Shown here in pieces: positions 36,443 through 46,383 of a stretch of DNA of 64,000 bases. The stretch lies in IMG/VR virus record IMGVR_UViG_3300017917_003852, positions 14,425 to 78,424 of that record; one strand, 5' to 3'. The notes under the pieces are model-generated. The model searched no databases. It was not told where the DNA came from and was given only the letters and a program-made list of their open reading frames with translations. This stretch comes from a virus. Position 1 is the stretch's first letter, and every line of letters begins with the position of its first letter. The position numbers were made by a program, and so were the translations under genes.

Positions 36443-37646
36443 AGTATATTACCTCATACTCCTTACTTGTTTTGTATTGTCTCCATGGATCTACAATAAC
36501 ACTCCCTGGTTCTAGATCCACGTATAATTCTTGTTCTTTCTCCTTGCCGGTATAACCGTAAGTGATATTTCTGTTATGCGCCAAGAATGCAATTACCGGC
36601 ATTCCATCAAACGGTGGTTGATCACCAGTTAGTGGATCAATGTAAAAATATTTTGCTTGTATTTCATCTAGGTAGTGCCCTATTAATAAACTATAACTAC
36701 CGTCGCAATAATCAACATCGGGCTTATAGGCTTTGCCCATAATAAAGATAGGAAGATTTTTTTGTATTTGAATTCGTTTAAGATATCTTGCTAGGTTCTT
36801 TGCTTGTTGCTCTCTAGCATGCATTACAGTATCAAAGATATCATAGCCTAGATTTAAGTTTTCTGCTAACCAACGTAATGCAATGTTATCTCTTGGATGA
36901 CATGGGCCGGCATCACCCATGCCTGCAGTCATGTATTTTGAACTCATAATACGTGTAGTACTCTTGGCTAATGCATCTGTAACTACATCTACATTAATAT
37001 TACCGTTCTTCATTGCAACATCTTGAATCATATTTACTAGACCAACCTTAGTACTAATAAAAGTATTATAGAAAATTTTAATAGATTCTGCTTCGTCCCA
37101 TGTACCTACAACATAGCGAGGATCATTTTGCATCAATGGTTGATAAAAATCTATTAGCAGTTTTGCATCACCAGTTTCGCTACCATCTTCAGTGCCAATG
37201 ATAACCATTTCAGGATTGACCATATCCCACTCTACACTTCCCATTGCAATAAGATAAGGGTTGTAAATGAAACGTGCATTAGTAATACATGGCCTAAGTT
37301 CTCTTCTAACTGTTCCTGGGAGTACTGTAGAAATAAGGACAACTAATTGTTCAGGGCCGACCCAGGCATCAATTTGACTTAGTACTTCTTTTACTATTGT
37401 ATAATCAAAATCTTTATTAGGCAAATGTGTAATGGGTTTTGATCCATCGTAGTCGGGATCATGCGGAGTTTGTACGGCCACAAAAATAATATCCTTTCCA
37501 ACAACTGCGCCACGAAGATTGTCGGATATTTTAATCACCCCACTGGATTTTGGGTAAATATCATAGCCGGTGACTTCATAATGCGTTGCCATTACTTCTG
37601 CACACGGCAACCCCAATTTACCAATTCCTATAAACCCAACTTGCAT
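36420..37646 (-). CDS. ugd: UDP-glucose/GDP-mannose 6-dehydrogenase
   Basis: GIGKLG, VQTP, STVLPGT, ESIKIFYN, GDAGPCHPRD, AYKP. Confidence 0.88.
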   Translation of the reverse strand: MQVGFIGIGKLGLPCAEVMATHYEVTGYDIYPKSSGVIKISDNLRGAVVGKDIIFVAVQTPHDPDYDGSKPITHLPNKDFDYTIVKEVLSQIDAWVGPEQLVVLISTVLPGTVRRELRPCITNARFIYNPYLIAMGSVEWDMVNPEMVIIGTEDGSETGDAKLLIDFYQPLMQNDPRYVVGTWDEAESIKIFYNTFISTKVGLVNMIQDVAMKNGNINVDVVTDALAKSTTRIMSSKYMTAGMGDAGPCHPRDNIALRWLAENLNLGYDIFDTVMHAREQQAKNLARYLKRIQIQKNLPIFIMGKAYKPDVDYCDGSYSLLIGHYLDEIQAKYFYIDPLTGDQPPFDGMPVIAFLAHNRNITYGYTGKEKEQELYVDLEPGSVIVDPWRQYKTSKEYEVIYYGNTRII

Positions 37647-37648
37647 AT

Positions 37649-38902
37649 ATGTTCTCCATTGAAAAATTTATTAATGTAATACATGAACAATTACTTAGAC
37701 CTTTGCTTATACAATCCTACGGATTTGATCCTTCTTATTCAACAAAGATTGAGGATTTACGTTTCTTATTTTATCCCCCATACTGTAAAGCAAATGCCGG
37801 TAGATTAGCAGGAAGATGCACTTGGTGGCATGAGGAACCTTTAAACAACGAAGATCTAACTAAATTACAATATTACGATATAATACTTCCTCCAGATCAT
37901 CAACTATTAGATTATGCTGCAATAATAGCAAATATTTCTCCAGAATCACCTTCACAACCCCCGTGCTATACTCTAATGCACGAATGCAATTTTCATTTAT
38001 TTGCAAATTCCGAGATCAGTCTATTGAAGAAAAAATTTCTTCAAGAATATCGAGCAAATGACTGGTATTTTTTCTATCATGGATTTGTTGCGTTAGATTG
38101 GTTTCATAACTACAAATATTTGAATTTTTCGCATTACAAGATTAACAAAGTATTTATTTGTTTAAATCATTTGCTCAGTAATAATCGTAGCTACAGACTA
38201 AATCTATTGTCTCATATAAAATCTAAAAAAATAGAACAATTTGGTTACGTTTCTGCACCGTTACTATCCAAAGATGTTATAAAAAACGAAATTTTAGATG
38301 AAAATTCTCGGTTGAGTATTGTTGCAAAAAAACATATTTTAAATCACTTGGTACATTCTGCAGATCCGATGGTATTAGATTCTATTGACTACAAAAAAGC
38401 CAGTGCTGATATATGTCATGATTATATACATTCAGCTATGTGGAATGTAGTAACTGAAACTAATTTTTACGATGATAAATTGCATTTAACAGAAAAAATA
38501 TTCAAGCCCATAGTGACACGGCGTCCATTTATTTTAGTTTCTGCTCCGGGCAACTTGGCTTATTTGAGAAGTTATGGATTCAAAACATTTAGTGATTATA
38601 TAGACGAAAGTTACGATGATGAACAAGACCCTGATAAGAGAATTGAAATGATAACCAGAGAGTTAGAAAAACTGTGTCAATTATCGCATACTGAATTAAT
38701 GGATATGTTTGATAAAATGCAAGACATATTAGAATTCAACCACCAACATTTCTATGGAAAGTTTAAAGAAATAATTGTAAACGAACTAGTGGATAATTTT
38801 GAAGGTTGCGCTAAAAAATATAATTTGCATTTGTCGGACTGGCGCCAGGTACCTACACATTTAATTAATTTTGAAAAAGTAAAGAAACTATTATTGTCCT
38901 AA
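37649..38902 (+). CDS. putative glycosyltransferase-like protein (paralog 2)
   Basis: NVVTET...LTEKIFKP...RPF...GFKTF...DESYD. Confidence 0.55.
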   Translation: MFSIEKFINVIHEQLLRPLLIQSYGFDPSYSTKIEDLRFLFYPPYCKANAGRLAGRCTWWHEEPLNNEDLTKLQYYDIILPPDHQLLDYAAIIANISPESPSQPPCYTLMHECNFHLFANSEISLLKKKFLQEYRANDWYFFYHGFVALDWFHNYKYLNFSHYKINKVFICLNHLLSNNRSYRLNLLSHIKSKKIEQFGYVSAPLLSKDVIKNEILDENSRLSIVAKKHILNHLVHSADPMVLDSIDYKKASADICHDYIHSAMWNVVTETNFYDDKLHLTEKIFKPIVTRRPFILVSAPGNLAYLRSYGFKTFSDYIDESYDDEQDPDKRIEMITRELEKLCQLSHTELMDMFDKMQDILEFNHQHFYGKFKEIIVNELVDNFEGCAKKYNLHLSDWRQVPTHLINFEKVKKLLLS

Positions 38903-39633
38903 GATTTAGAAATAGTATCTAGTATTAATGTTTCCATATCATGTATTCTAGTTCTCGTAGTTTTGCTGTTTAAAACTACAAATAACTTTTTCTGCCCTTT
39001 TATGTAGGCGCTCATAACAAGACATCCGCCACTTAATCTAACATAACCAGTCTTGCTAACAATAACGTTGTATTTTGCAACCAATGGATTTGTATTATTA
39101 AACTTTAATTTTCTTTTTTTCTTTACCAATTGAATTATACTTTGATTACTAGCATTAACAATTGCCGGATATTTTTCTGCTGCTAATAATAATTTTATTA
39201 AATCATTTCCATTACTTACATTTCGATTGTCTAGCCCAGTACTGTCATAGAATTGAGTATTGTTCATTCCGAGAACTCGAGCTTTATGATTCATGTCGGA
39301 AATACATGCTTCATATCCGCGGCGATAAATTTTGCATAGCATATTAGCAGCATCATTGTCACTACGTACAATTGCAAGATCAATTAATTGTTGTCTAGTA
39401 AGTGTTAATCCTCTAAACTTTTTAAATTTTGTTTGTTCAATTAGAGATTCATTGCTATCTAATATTACCATCACAGTCATTAGTTTAGTTATACTAGCAA
39501 TCGGTTGAACTGCATCTACATTGTGTTGTTCAATAATAGATCCATTTTCATCAGCAATGGCCCATGCTTTAGCATCAATATTAACTGAATGCACCAGGGC
39601 AGGAAATAATAATAGCAAGAACAATAATTTCAT
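38899..39633 (-). CDS. D-alanyl-D-alanine carboxy/endopeptidase (peptidase S11)
   Basis: Signal peptide; SITK (SxxK), SDN (SxN), KTG. Confidence 0.92.
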   Translation of the reverse strand: MKLLFLLLLFPALVHSVNIDAKAWAIADENGSIIEQHNVDAVQPIASITKLMTVMVILDSNESLIEQTKFKKFRGLTLTRQQLIDLAIVRSDNDAANMLCKIYRRGYEACISDMNHKARVLGMNNTQFYDSTGLDNRNVSNGNDLIKLLLAAEKYPAIVNASNQSIIQLVKKKRKLKFNNTNPLVAKYNVIVSKTGYVRLSGGCLVMSAYIKGQKKLFVVLNSKTTRTRIHDMETLILDTISKS

Positions 39634-39650
39634 TACTATACTTAGTAAGA

Positions 39651-40487
39651 TTAAATTACTTCAAAATCCCAATATCCTTTGTAAAGAGTATTGCATGGAT
39701 TTTCTTTGTTTGGAAGATCTGGATTCCAGAATATGCGTATTGGCTGACTGCAATCTTCTATAAACAATCGCGGTGGATACTGCCAATTTTGTGTAGATGA
39801 TTGATTAAGGTAAAGGTAATCTTTTTTAAATCCAATTTTATTAACAAATACTATTGTTGCTGATTCTAGATCTTTAATAGTTAATTTATTTTCTATATTA
39901 GATAAACACGTACCAGGAGTTACAGAAATAAAATCTTCAATGATTAAATCTGGTTTAACGCTTATTTCAGATATTACGTTATAAAAATTTGTAGGCAAAT
40001 TAGAACAGTTGTTAAGAACATTATCAATATCGTGCAATTTATTATCTTTATATATATGCAAATCTACTGACAATTCATCTGGTATTGAAATATAGTCCGA
40101 AGCAAAAATTTTGTTAGCTTGCTGCCAAATTTTTAATTGCAATTGATCAAACATTGCTGGGCCAACTTGTTCTGAAATTAGAACCTCAACATTGTTTAAT
40201 GTGATGTTTTCAAAATTATCATTGATACAAGTTATTTTATCTTTATATCCTAGTTTGGATAATATGTGTTTTCCTATAATACTTGCTTCTTTAGAAATTT
40301 CTATTAAGTATCCGTGCTTGGCGCCGGCTTCTAATGCATAAGCAGATAAAATTCCCGTCCCTGACCCAATATCAGCAAATAACTTATTCTGGACTTCATT
40401 ATGAATGTGTTTTTGAAACCATGCATTTCTAAGGGAATCATTGAGCATGCCCTTATATTGAGTAATTACTCTTTTTGACAAAATCAT
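39651..40487 (-). CDS. PRMT-like SAM-dependent methyltransferase
   Basis: MLNDSLRN, ADIGSGTGILS, VLISE. Confidence 0.75.
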   Translation of the reverse strand: MILSKRVITQYKGMLNDSLRNAWFQKHIHNEVQNKLFADIGSGTGILSAYALEAGAKHGYLIEISKEASIIGKHILSKLGYKDKITCINDNFENITLNNVEVLISEQVGPAMFDQLQLKIWQQANKIFASDYISIPDELSVDLHIYKDNKLHDIDNVLNNCSNLPTNFYNVISEISVKPDLIIEDFISVTPGTCLSNIENKLTIKDLESATIVFVNKIGFKKDYLYLNQSSTQNWQYPPRLFIEDCSQPIRIFWNPDLPNKENPCNTLYKGYWDFEVI

Positions 40488-40603
40488 ATGTTATATTACA
40501 TTAAAAATCTTAGAATGTCTAGCTGTAATCGGTAATTACGTTTGCAACTTCTTCAATATGTAAATTCAATTTTTTTGCAATCTGAACTATCGAAAACCCT
40601 TGC

Positions 40604-40795
40604 CTATGAAGATCTAGTATCAGTCTGATTATGCTTGAGTTTATGGTTGTCAATTATTTTCTCCACGATATCATTTGGATATCGTAATCGTAGGCATATA
40701 TCTTCAATAGAATAATTGTGATCAAAATGCATACGTATCACTAAATCTATGTTTGCCTTAAAACTATATTTAACGTTGCTCTTGCTCACAATCAA
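40604..40795 (-). CDS. small HTH-like protein
   Basis: YSIEDICLRLRYPNDIVEKII. Confidence 0.4.
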   Translation of the reverse strand: MIVSKSNVKYSFKANIDLVIRMHFDHNYSIEDICLRLRYPNDIVEKIIDNHKLKHNQTDTRSS

Positions 40796-41555
40796 CCCAT
40801 TTTAAATTATTGTAATGTTGATATGGCCAAGTTCCTTTTGGTATCAAACAATTCCCTAGTTCTGGATAATTATCAATTCTAATTTGCACAATTGCCCAGG
40901 ATAACCATATTAAATATGAGATTGCAATTACGCAAATTGACCAGCAGGTGATACGATATTTTAATATTTTACGTTTCCTAGCATCGACTTTCTTTTTTAT
41001 CGCGTCTCGTTGCATTTCTGCAGCAATGGCTCCGGCTTGTTCTTTACCTACTACTTTCATCATTGCTTCTACTTCTGTCCATAATGCACCTAATTCAGGA
41101 GGGCTTTGATAGACCATAATCTCGCGCAATTCTGCGCCCATTGCGTCTAATTGCTTTTTGAGCAATACTCGTTGTAAAGCACGTTTGCCCAGACTGTCTT
41201 CGCCGTGATATACTTCTGTTTTACTTCTGCGTTCTTCTTCTGCGAATACTGCATTGCATTTATAAAGATTGTCAAAATATACGCCTAGCTGTTGGCCAAT
41301 TTCTGTATAGATATTAGTAGTGTCGCCAGATTGTTTGTTTAAGTCAATGATACGATTGCGTTCAGTGACATATTGATTTTTTTCTGCTATTGTGGGTTGA
41401 TGGTCTTTGAACTTATTATGGAATTGGTCATCAAGATCCTTGAGTACATCTTTAATGTCCCCAGCGGCTCCTTTGATATCCTTGTAAAGCTTACATCCCT
41501 CTTTAACAAGTTTAACAGCTCCATTTGCAAGAGCAAACAGCGTCAATGGATCCAA
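40770..41555 (-). CDS. coiled-coil membrane protein
   Basis: Helical body with C-terminal TM. Confidence 0.7.
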   Translation of the reverse strand: MDPLTLFALANGAVKLVKEGCKLYKDIKGAAGDIKDVLKDLDDQFHNKFKDHQPTIAEKNQYVTERNRIIDLNKQSGDTTNIYTEIGQQLGVYFDNLYKCNAVFAEEERRSKTEVYHGEDSLGKRALQRVLLKKQLDAMGAELREIMVYQSPPELGALWTEVEAMMKVVGKEQAGAIAAEMQRDAIKKKVDARKRKILKYRITCWSICVIAISYLIWLSWAIVQIRIDNYPELGNCLIPKGTWPYQHYNNLKWVDCEQEQR

Positions 41556-41685
41556 CGTTCGACTCCATTAAATGCTGCTATAATTTTTAAGCAAAAAATA
41601 AAGCCTGTCACGGCCTTGGTCCTTTATGTTTATTATAATCGAAGACCAAAAATAATTGACTTATAGATATTTACAACAAAGTCAA

Positions 41686-41706
41686 TAAAAAAGCCCTTTA
41701 CGGGCT
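41686..41706 (-). terminator. intrinsic terminator
   Basis: AGCCC-GTAAA-GGGCT followed by T-run. Confidence 0.65.
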
Positions 41707-41714
41707 GGTTTAAC

Positions 41715-41792
41715 CTACATTCTATGTGGTGGTGTTACTGGTGTAGGTTGTGGTGGATTCTTGGGTGGTCTATGTGCAAACCAATATAACAT
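41715..41792 (-). CDS. 25-aa proline-rich peptide
   Basis: MLYWFAHRPPKNPPQPTPVTPPHRM; AAGGAG SD; flanked by hairpins. Confidence 0.65.
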   Translation of the reverse strand: MLYWFAHRPPKNPPQPTPVTPPHRM

Positions 41793-41808
41793 TGCTATGC
41801 TCCTTAAT

Positions 41809-41834
41809 AAAAATCCTGCTTTTAAAGCAGGATT
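41809..41834 (-). terminator. hairpin/terminator after desaturase
   Basis: AATCCTGCTTT/AAAGCAGGATT inverted repeat. Confidence 0.6.
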
Positions 41835-42552
41835 AACTTCTTGTTGTATGTGCTAGTCTAGTCCATAATAATAACTGTATAAAAATTGCGCCTGGGTCGA
41901 TCTCATACCATTTAGCCCTAAAAGACCAGTGACTAGATTTTGCATGATGGTTATTGTGCAGCTCTTCTCCAAACAATATTAATGCCCACGGAATAATATT
42001 TCTGGAATTATCTTTTGTATCAAAATTTCTATTACCAATGTAATGACTAAACACGACGTGAATTCTCTCGGCCATTAAATGTGGCCATAATACCACAATA
42101 GACCAAATTATAAATCCAGCCAGCGGACTAGTTACAGATAAAATAAACAATAATAAAATTACTTTTCCTAAGTACGAATGCTTTAAATAAAATTCTTCTA
42201 ATCTAGTAATTACTAAGTCCTTGGAGTTTAATTCGATAATACTGTCCAACTTGGGCCCAAGATCTTTTTTTATGTGATAAAAAGCACCGTTGATTAGTAT
42301 CGGAATTATTCCTTTGAATAAAGGACTATGCGGATCATTATGAGTATCGGCTGTATGATGATGATAACGATGTATTCCTACCCACAACTTTGGTGGAAAC
42401 GGAGTTAAAATCCAAAGAGCAATTCTAAAAAAATGATTTAAAAAAGGATGCAGTTTTACACTCCTGTGAGTTAAAACTCTATGGAGATATACTGTAACTG
42501 CGAAATTGCTTATTGATAATAATGTTAAAAGTATGGTTAAGTTAAGCAACAT
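41833..42552 (-). CDS. membrane fatty-acid (acyl-CoA delta-9-like) desaturase
   Basis: His boxes HRVLTH, HRYHH, GEELHNNHH; DPHSP. Confidence 0.9.
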   Translation of the reverse strand: MLLNLTILLTLLSISNFAVTVYLHRVLTHRSVKLHPFLNHFFRIALWILTPFPPKLWVGIHRYHHHTADTHNDPHSPLFKGIIPILINGAFYHIKKDLGPKLDSIIELNSKDLVITRLEEFYLKHSYLGKVILLLFILSVTSPLAGFIIWSIVVLWPHLMAERIHVVFSHYIGNRNFDTKDNSRNIIPWALILFGEELHNNHHAKSSHWSFRAKWYEIDPGAIFIQLLLWTRLAHTTRS

Positions 42553-42894
42553 TTACTTGTATAATATTCGAGTCCCAAGCCCAGTGCCTTGTTTTAAAGG
42601 ACTTTGATCTGGTATATAGATCTTATCCCCGACTCCTAACATACAGTATTCGTTAGTTTGCAAATCATGTATAAACCAACTAGTTGTTTGAGTTTCAAAA
42701 TTAGCATATACTAAATTAACAGTTTGTTCATCGGGTGCTCGTGTAGCCATAATCAGCTTTTCACCATATTTTTCCATAGTAGCTTCTACATCTTCGTAGC
42801 TACCACACATAAAACGAATCTGTCGTGATCTAGGGTCAGCATTAGCTGCCAGAGCTATTGTGGCCAGTAAGATGGCAGCTAATAAGTTTTTCAT
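42553..42894 (-). CDS. secreted hypothetical protein
   Basis: Signal peptide; two Cys. Confidence 0.6.
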   Translation of the reverse strand: MKNLLAAILLATIALAANADPRSRQIRFMCGSYEDVEATMEKYGEKLIMATRAPDEQTVNLVYANFETQTTSWFIHDLQTNEYCMLGVGDKIYIPDQSPLKQGTGLGTRILYK

Positions 42895-42905
42895 ATAAGT
42901 ATATA

Positions 42906-43538
42906 TCACTTATTTGCTAGTGGATTATCTAATGCTTTTTTAATTTTATCATCTAGCTCACGACGTAGTTGTTTAATTTCAGCTTCGTTTTCGCGTTGCA
43001 TTTGACGTACCGCTTGATCTACTGCTCGCTGCAATTCCTTGTTTTGAGTACTAGTATCTTTTTCTAACTGTCTAGTAATCTTATCTACATCTGCTTTAGT
43101 ATCGCGTACATCCTTACGTGCGTCCTGCACAGACTTATCAGTTTCACGCTGATTTGCTTTGCTGTCACGCTCTACACCTTCAACAACACCTTCTAGACGA
43201 CGGATATCGCTCTTAAGATCGTTTTTGATATCTTGTGTATATTGCACAGACTTTTCAGAATTCTGCATAGTAACTTCCATTTTCTTGTTTAGTTCAGACA
43301 AGTCTGGCGCTACGTACTCAGCAATCTTTTTCTTCATTCCCATGTAATCTTTATACACTTCAAACGCACCATAAAGTCCGCCTAGTGTAGATGATACAAT
43401 AGTAGCCGCTACCATTAGTTTAGCAGGAGTAAATTCGTAGCCACCAATACTGATAACAGTATCTTTACTGGCATACTTTTTCATTGCTGCTTCGGCTTCG
43501 TCAATTTTAGCATTAACATCTTTAATTTCTTCGCTCAT
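42906..43538 (-). CDS. TM-anchored coiled-coil protein
   Basis: TM followed by long heptad region ending KALDNPL. Confidence 0.7.
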   Translation of the reverse strand: MSEEIKDVNAKIDEAEAAMKKYASKDTVISIGGYEFTPAKLMVAATIVSSTLGGLYGAFEVYKDYMGMKKKIAEYVAPDLSELNKKMEVTMQNSEKSVQYTQDIKNDLKSDIRRLEGVVEGVERDSKANQRETDKSVQDARKDVRDTKADVDKITRQLEKDTSTQNKELQRAVDQAVRQMQRENEAEIKQLRRELDDKIKKALDNPLANK

Positions 43539-43539
43539 T

Positions 43540-45807
43540 TTAATTTCCTAAGTTATATTGTGAATCAACCATTTGTTGATGGACACGGTCGCTGCCCCCA
43601 AATAATCCTCGACCTGACGGTGAATCAACAGTGCGTTGATTATTATAAATTGAATATGGTTTATACCCTGCGGCATCGGGTAATATAAATCGATTATAAT
43701 TATCAAATCCCGGCGTATAACCCATTGCTTGAATAACTACATTCTGTACTTCTACTTGTGCTGCCATATCTGCTGCTTTACCCATTTCATTGGCCAAGTC
43801 TTTACCTTTTTCTACTGCTTCTTTTTTAGCTGCCTCGCGGCGCTGTTCTGCTATTTGTTCTCTAGTTGTAGTAGGTCTTGTTGGACGAATGCCATCGTCG
43901 GGTGCTTTGACAGTTGTAGTAGTTTCTGTTTTTTTAGTTTCTTTTGTAGTAGTTTCTTGATTGACCGCAGTAGTAGTTGGTGCTGGAGCAGTTAATTTAA
44001 CTGCTGCTGCCGGACTTGCTTCATTTGTAGTAGCAGTGCTCTTGGTTGTTACCACACTATTAACTACTGGATCTGATACTGTTGGTGCTGCTTGTGCCAC
44101 CGGATCACTAGTTGTTTGTGCCACTACTATAGTAGTTGTTGATTCGGTTACTGTAGTTGTAGTAGAACCAACATTTAAAATATTTTTCTTAGCATAAGCC
44201 TCGGCATAGTTAGGACATTGTTTGCTGTACAGTCCATCAAGACTACAATCATAAGCAAATTGATATCCTGGGCAATATGTAGCATATAAAGGACTTGCTG
44301 CACAACTAGCTGTTGCAGTTTGATATGCCGGGCAATATGAATGTGACAATGGGTCTGCGTTACACTCTGTTGCTGCATTTGCATAGCCAGGGCAGTACGA
44401 ACCGTATAATGGGTTTGAACTACATTCTGTTGTTGCAGTTTGATATGCCGGGCAGTATGAATATGTTAATGGATTTGAATTGCATTCAGACAATGCTGTA
44501 CTGTACCCCGAACATGCTGTACTATATAATGGATTTAAACTACACTGATAAGTTAAATATGCTGCGGCATATCCTGGACACGCAGGATCTGACAGTTGAT
44601 TTGCATTACATTGTTGAGTAAATATGGCTGCGGCATATCCTGGACAATTAGGACTATATAGCGCACTAATTGAACATTGTTGAGTAAAGTATGCTTGCTC
44701 ATATCCAGGGCAACTTGGACTAGATAATGGATTTACGGTACAAGGATCTGGTGTATAAACAGCGGTACTATACATATTTGTAATACTAGCGGAACCAGAT
44801 GTCCATGGATTCATACTAAACGTTCCTAGTGTGCTCATTGGCACTGATGAACTTAATCTATATTCTTTAGAATATGTTCCGCTGGTTCCGTTATTGCCAC
44901 CATTGTGTGTTTGATTATCTGTGTAAATTGTTGTTCCGGAACTGTTTGTTAGTGATGTATGAACACCGGCGTCAGAATAATTATAACCAGTTAAGCAAAA
45001 CCCAAATATGTCAAAGAAGGAACAGGTTCTTCCAGCAACATTATAATTGTAGCCATAGTTGAAACCATGTATAGTTGCACCAGCGCCGGCTAATGCTAGT
45101 GCAGAATTGATTGCATAGGCCTGGGGGCCTGTAGTGCCGGATAAAAGATTTTCACTAATACTTACGGTATTATAGTTTGCACAGGTTGGATTATATGCAG
45201 GATTTGAATAACAAGGATCTACAGTATAACGTAGTCCTATACTAACGTTACGAATTTCTGGTCCAAAATATCCTGCCCAGAAGCCGCCGTCTTTCCCGCT
45301 AAATTGTACAGTTAAGTTTCCAAAATCGCTTACCGGTCCAGGATTAGCATAATTTATAATACCACTAAATGTAGTCCAGTCAATTTTAGTACTGTAAATC
45401 CAACTGTCAGTTCTACGTATTGTGCTGTTATTGGCGGCATAGGTATTAACTGTTGCAGTTAGTGTGTCGATACCACCTTGTCGATTATCACCATTCATGT
45501 TACGAATATCCCATGAATAGCTATAACCTTGAACGGTGATTCCTGCACCAGCATTCTGTAACGCTTGATTTATAGCGAATGTCTGTGCTACTGTTGCTTG
45601 TCCATAACTAAAGTGAATAGTGTTAGTGGATGGGTCATAAAGCGGTTGTGGTCCGCCTGGCATGTATCCTGGTGGCAGCGGCCCTGTAGTGGCACCAGTC
45701 CAGGTATGTGTAGTACCTGACGTTATTTGGTTAGGTGTCGTTTCTACAGTCTGAGCGCCTACTGAAATAAACAACCCCAACAATAAAATTGTTAGGATTT
45801 TTTTCAT
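43540..45807 (-). CDS. secreted protein with tandem Cys-rich repeats and Thr-rich stalk
   Basis: Signal peptide; about 10 repeats of C-x-x-[ND]-P-L-x4-C-P-G-Y; T/A/P-rich linker. Confidence 0.8.
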   Translation of the reverse strand: MKKILTILLLGLFISVGAQTVETTPNQITSGTTHTWTGATTGPLPPGYMPGGPQPLYDPSTNTIHFSYGQATVAQTFAINQALQNAGAGITVQGYSYSWDIRNMNGDNRQGGIDTLTATVNTYAANNSTIRRTDSWIYSTKIDWTTFSGIINYANPGPVSDFGNLTVQFSGKDGGFWAGYFGPEIRNVSIGLRYTVDPCYSNPAYNPTCANYNTVSISENLLSGTTGPQAYAINSALALAGAGATIHGFNYGYNYNVAGRTCSFFDIFGFCLTGYNYSDAGVHTSLTNSSGTTIYTDNQTHNGGNNGTSGTYSKEYRLSSSVPMSTLGTFSMNPWTSGSASITNMYSTAVYTPDPCTVNPLSSPSCPGYEQAYFTQQCSISALYSPNCPGYAAAIFTQQCNANQLSDPACPGYAAAYLTYQCSLNPLYSTACSGYSTALSECNSNPLTYSYCPAYQTATTECSSNPLYGSYCPGYANAATECNADPLSHSYCPAYQTATASCAASPLYATYCPGYQFAYDCSLDGLYSKQCPNYAEAYAKKNILNVGSTTTTVTESTTTIVVAQTTSDPVAQAAPTVSDPVVNSVVTTKSTATTNEASPAAAVKLTAPAPTTTAVNQETTTKETKKTETTTTVKAPDDGIRPTRPTTTREQIAEQRREAAKKEAVEKGKDLANEMGKAADMAAQVEVQNVVIQAMGYTPGFDNYNRFILPDAAGYKPYSIYNNQRTVDSPSGRGLFGGSDRVHQQMVDSQYNLGN

Positions 45808-46268
45808 TAGTCTTTGCTCTTAACTTTTTGTGGTGCTCGACTAGGATTAGCGTCCCAAATTTCTCTTGCTGCTTCACCGATCTTACCATCTACTGGACAA
45901 GGTGTGCCGGCGTTCATCATTGCTGTAAATACACGCTCATCTTGACACATTACCGCGACCGCAGCAACTTTCATGCCCATGTCAAATAGTGTTTTTGATA
46001 ATTTTAAACGTTCGCAGTTCTTATCTACAAATGTGCTACCAATGGAAACACCTAATATTTGTGTTTGTACTGCGCCGCTTGCTGCTACAGCACAAAGATC
46101 ATTGTTTAGAGTGGTAATAGCAGGTGCCACGGCTGTTGGCGGTGGCGATTTAACTGTAGTGGTGGTTGTAGATTCTGTGGTACTACGAGATGTAGAATCT
46201 GTGATAATAGGATCAACTGCATAAGCAGTAGATGCTACTAAACTAAGGGTTACTAATAACTTTTTCAT
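45807..46268 (-). CDS. secreted Cys-containing protein
   Basis: Signal peptide; DKNCERLKLS...AGTPCP. Confidence 0.75.
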   Translation of the reverse strand: MKKLLVTLSLVASTAYAVDPIITDSTSRSTTESTTTTTVKSPPPTAVAPAITTLNNDLCAVAASGAVQTQILGVSIGSTFVDKNCERLKLSKTLFDMGMKVAAVAVMCQDERVFTAMMNAGTPCPVDGKIGEAAREIWDANPSRAPQKVKSKD

Positions 46269-46383
46269 TTTTGCTCCTGGACTTTATAGCCTCTTTTTGT
46301 GGGAGCCTAAAATTGAAAATATATTTTTGAATAGGCAAAAGCTCCTTTATCTTATTTAAGGAACTTTTGAAAAAAATTAACGG

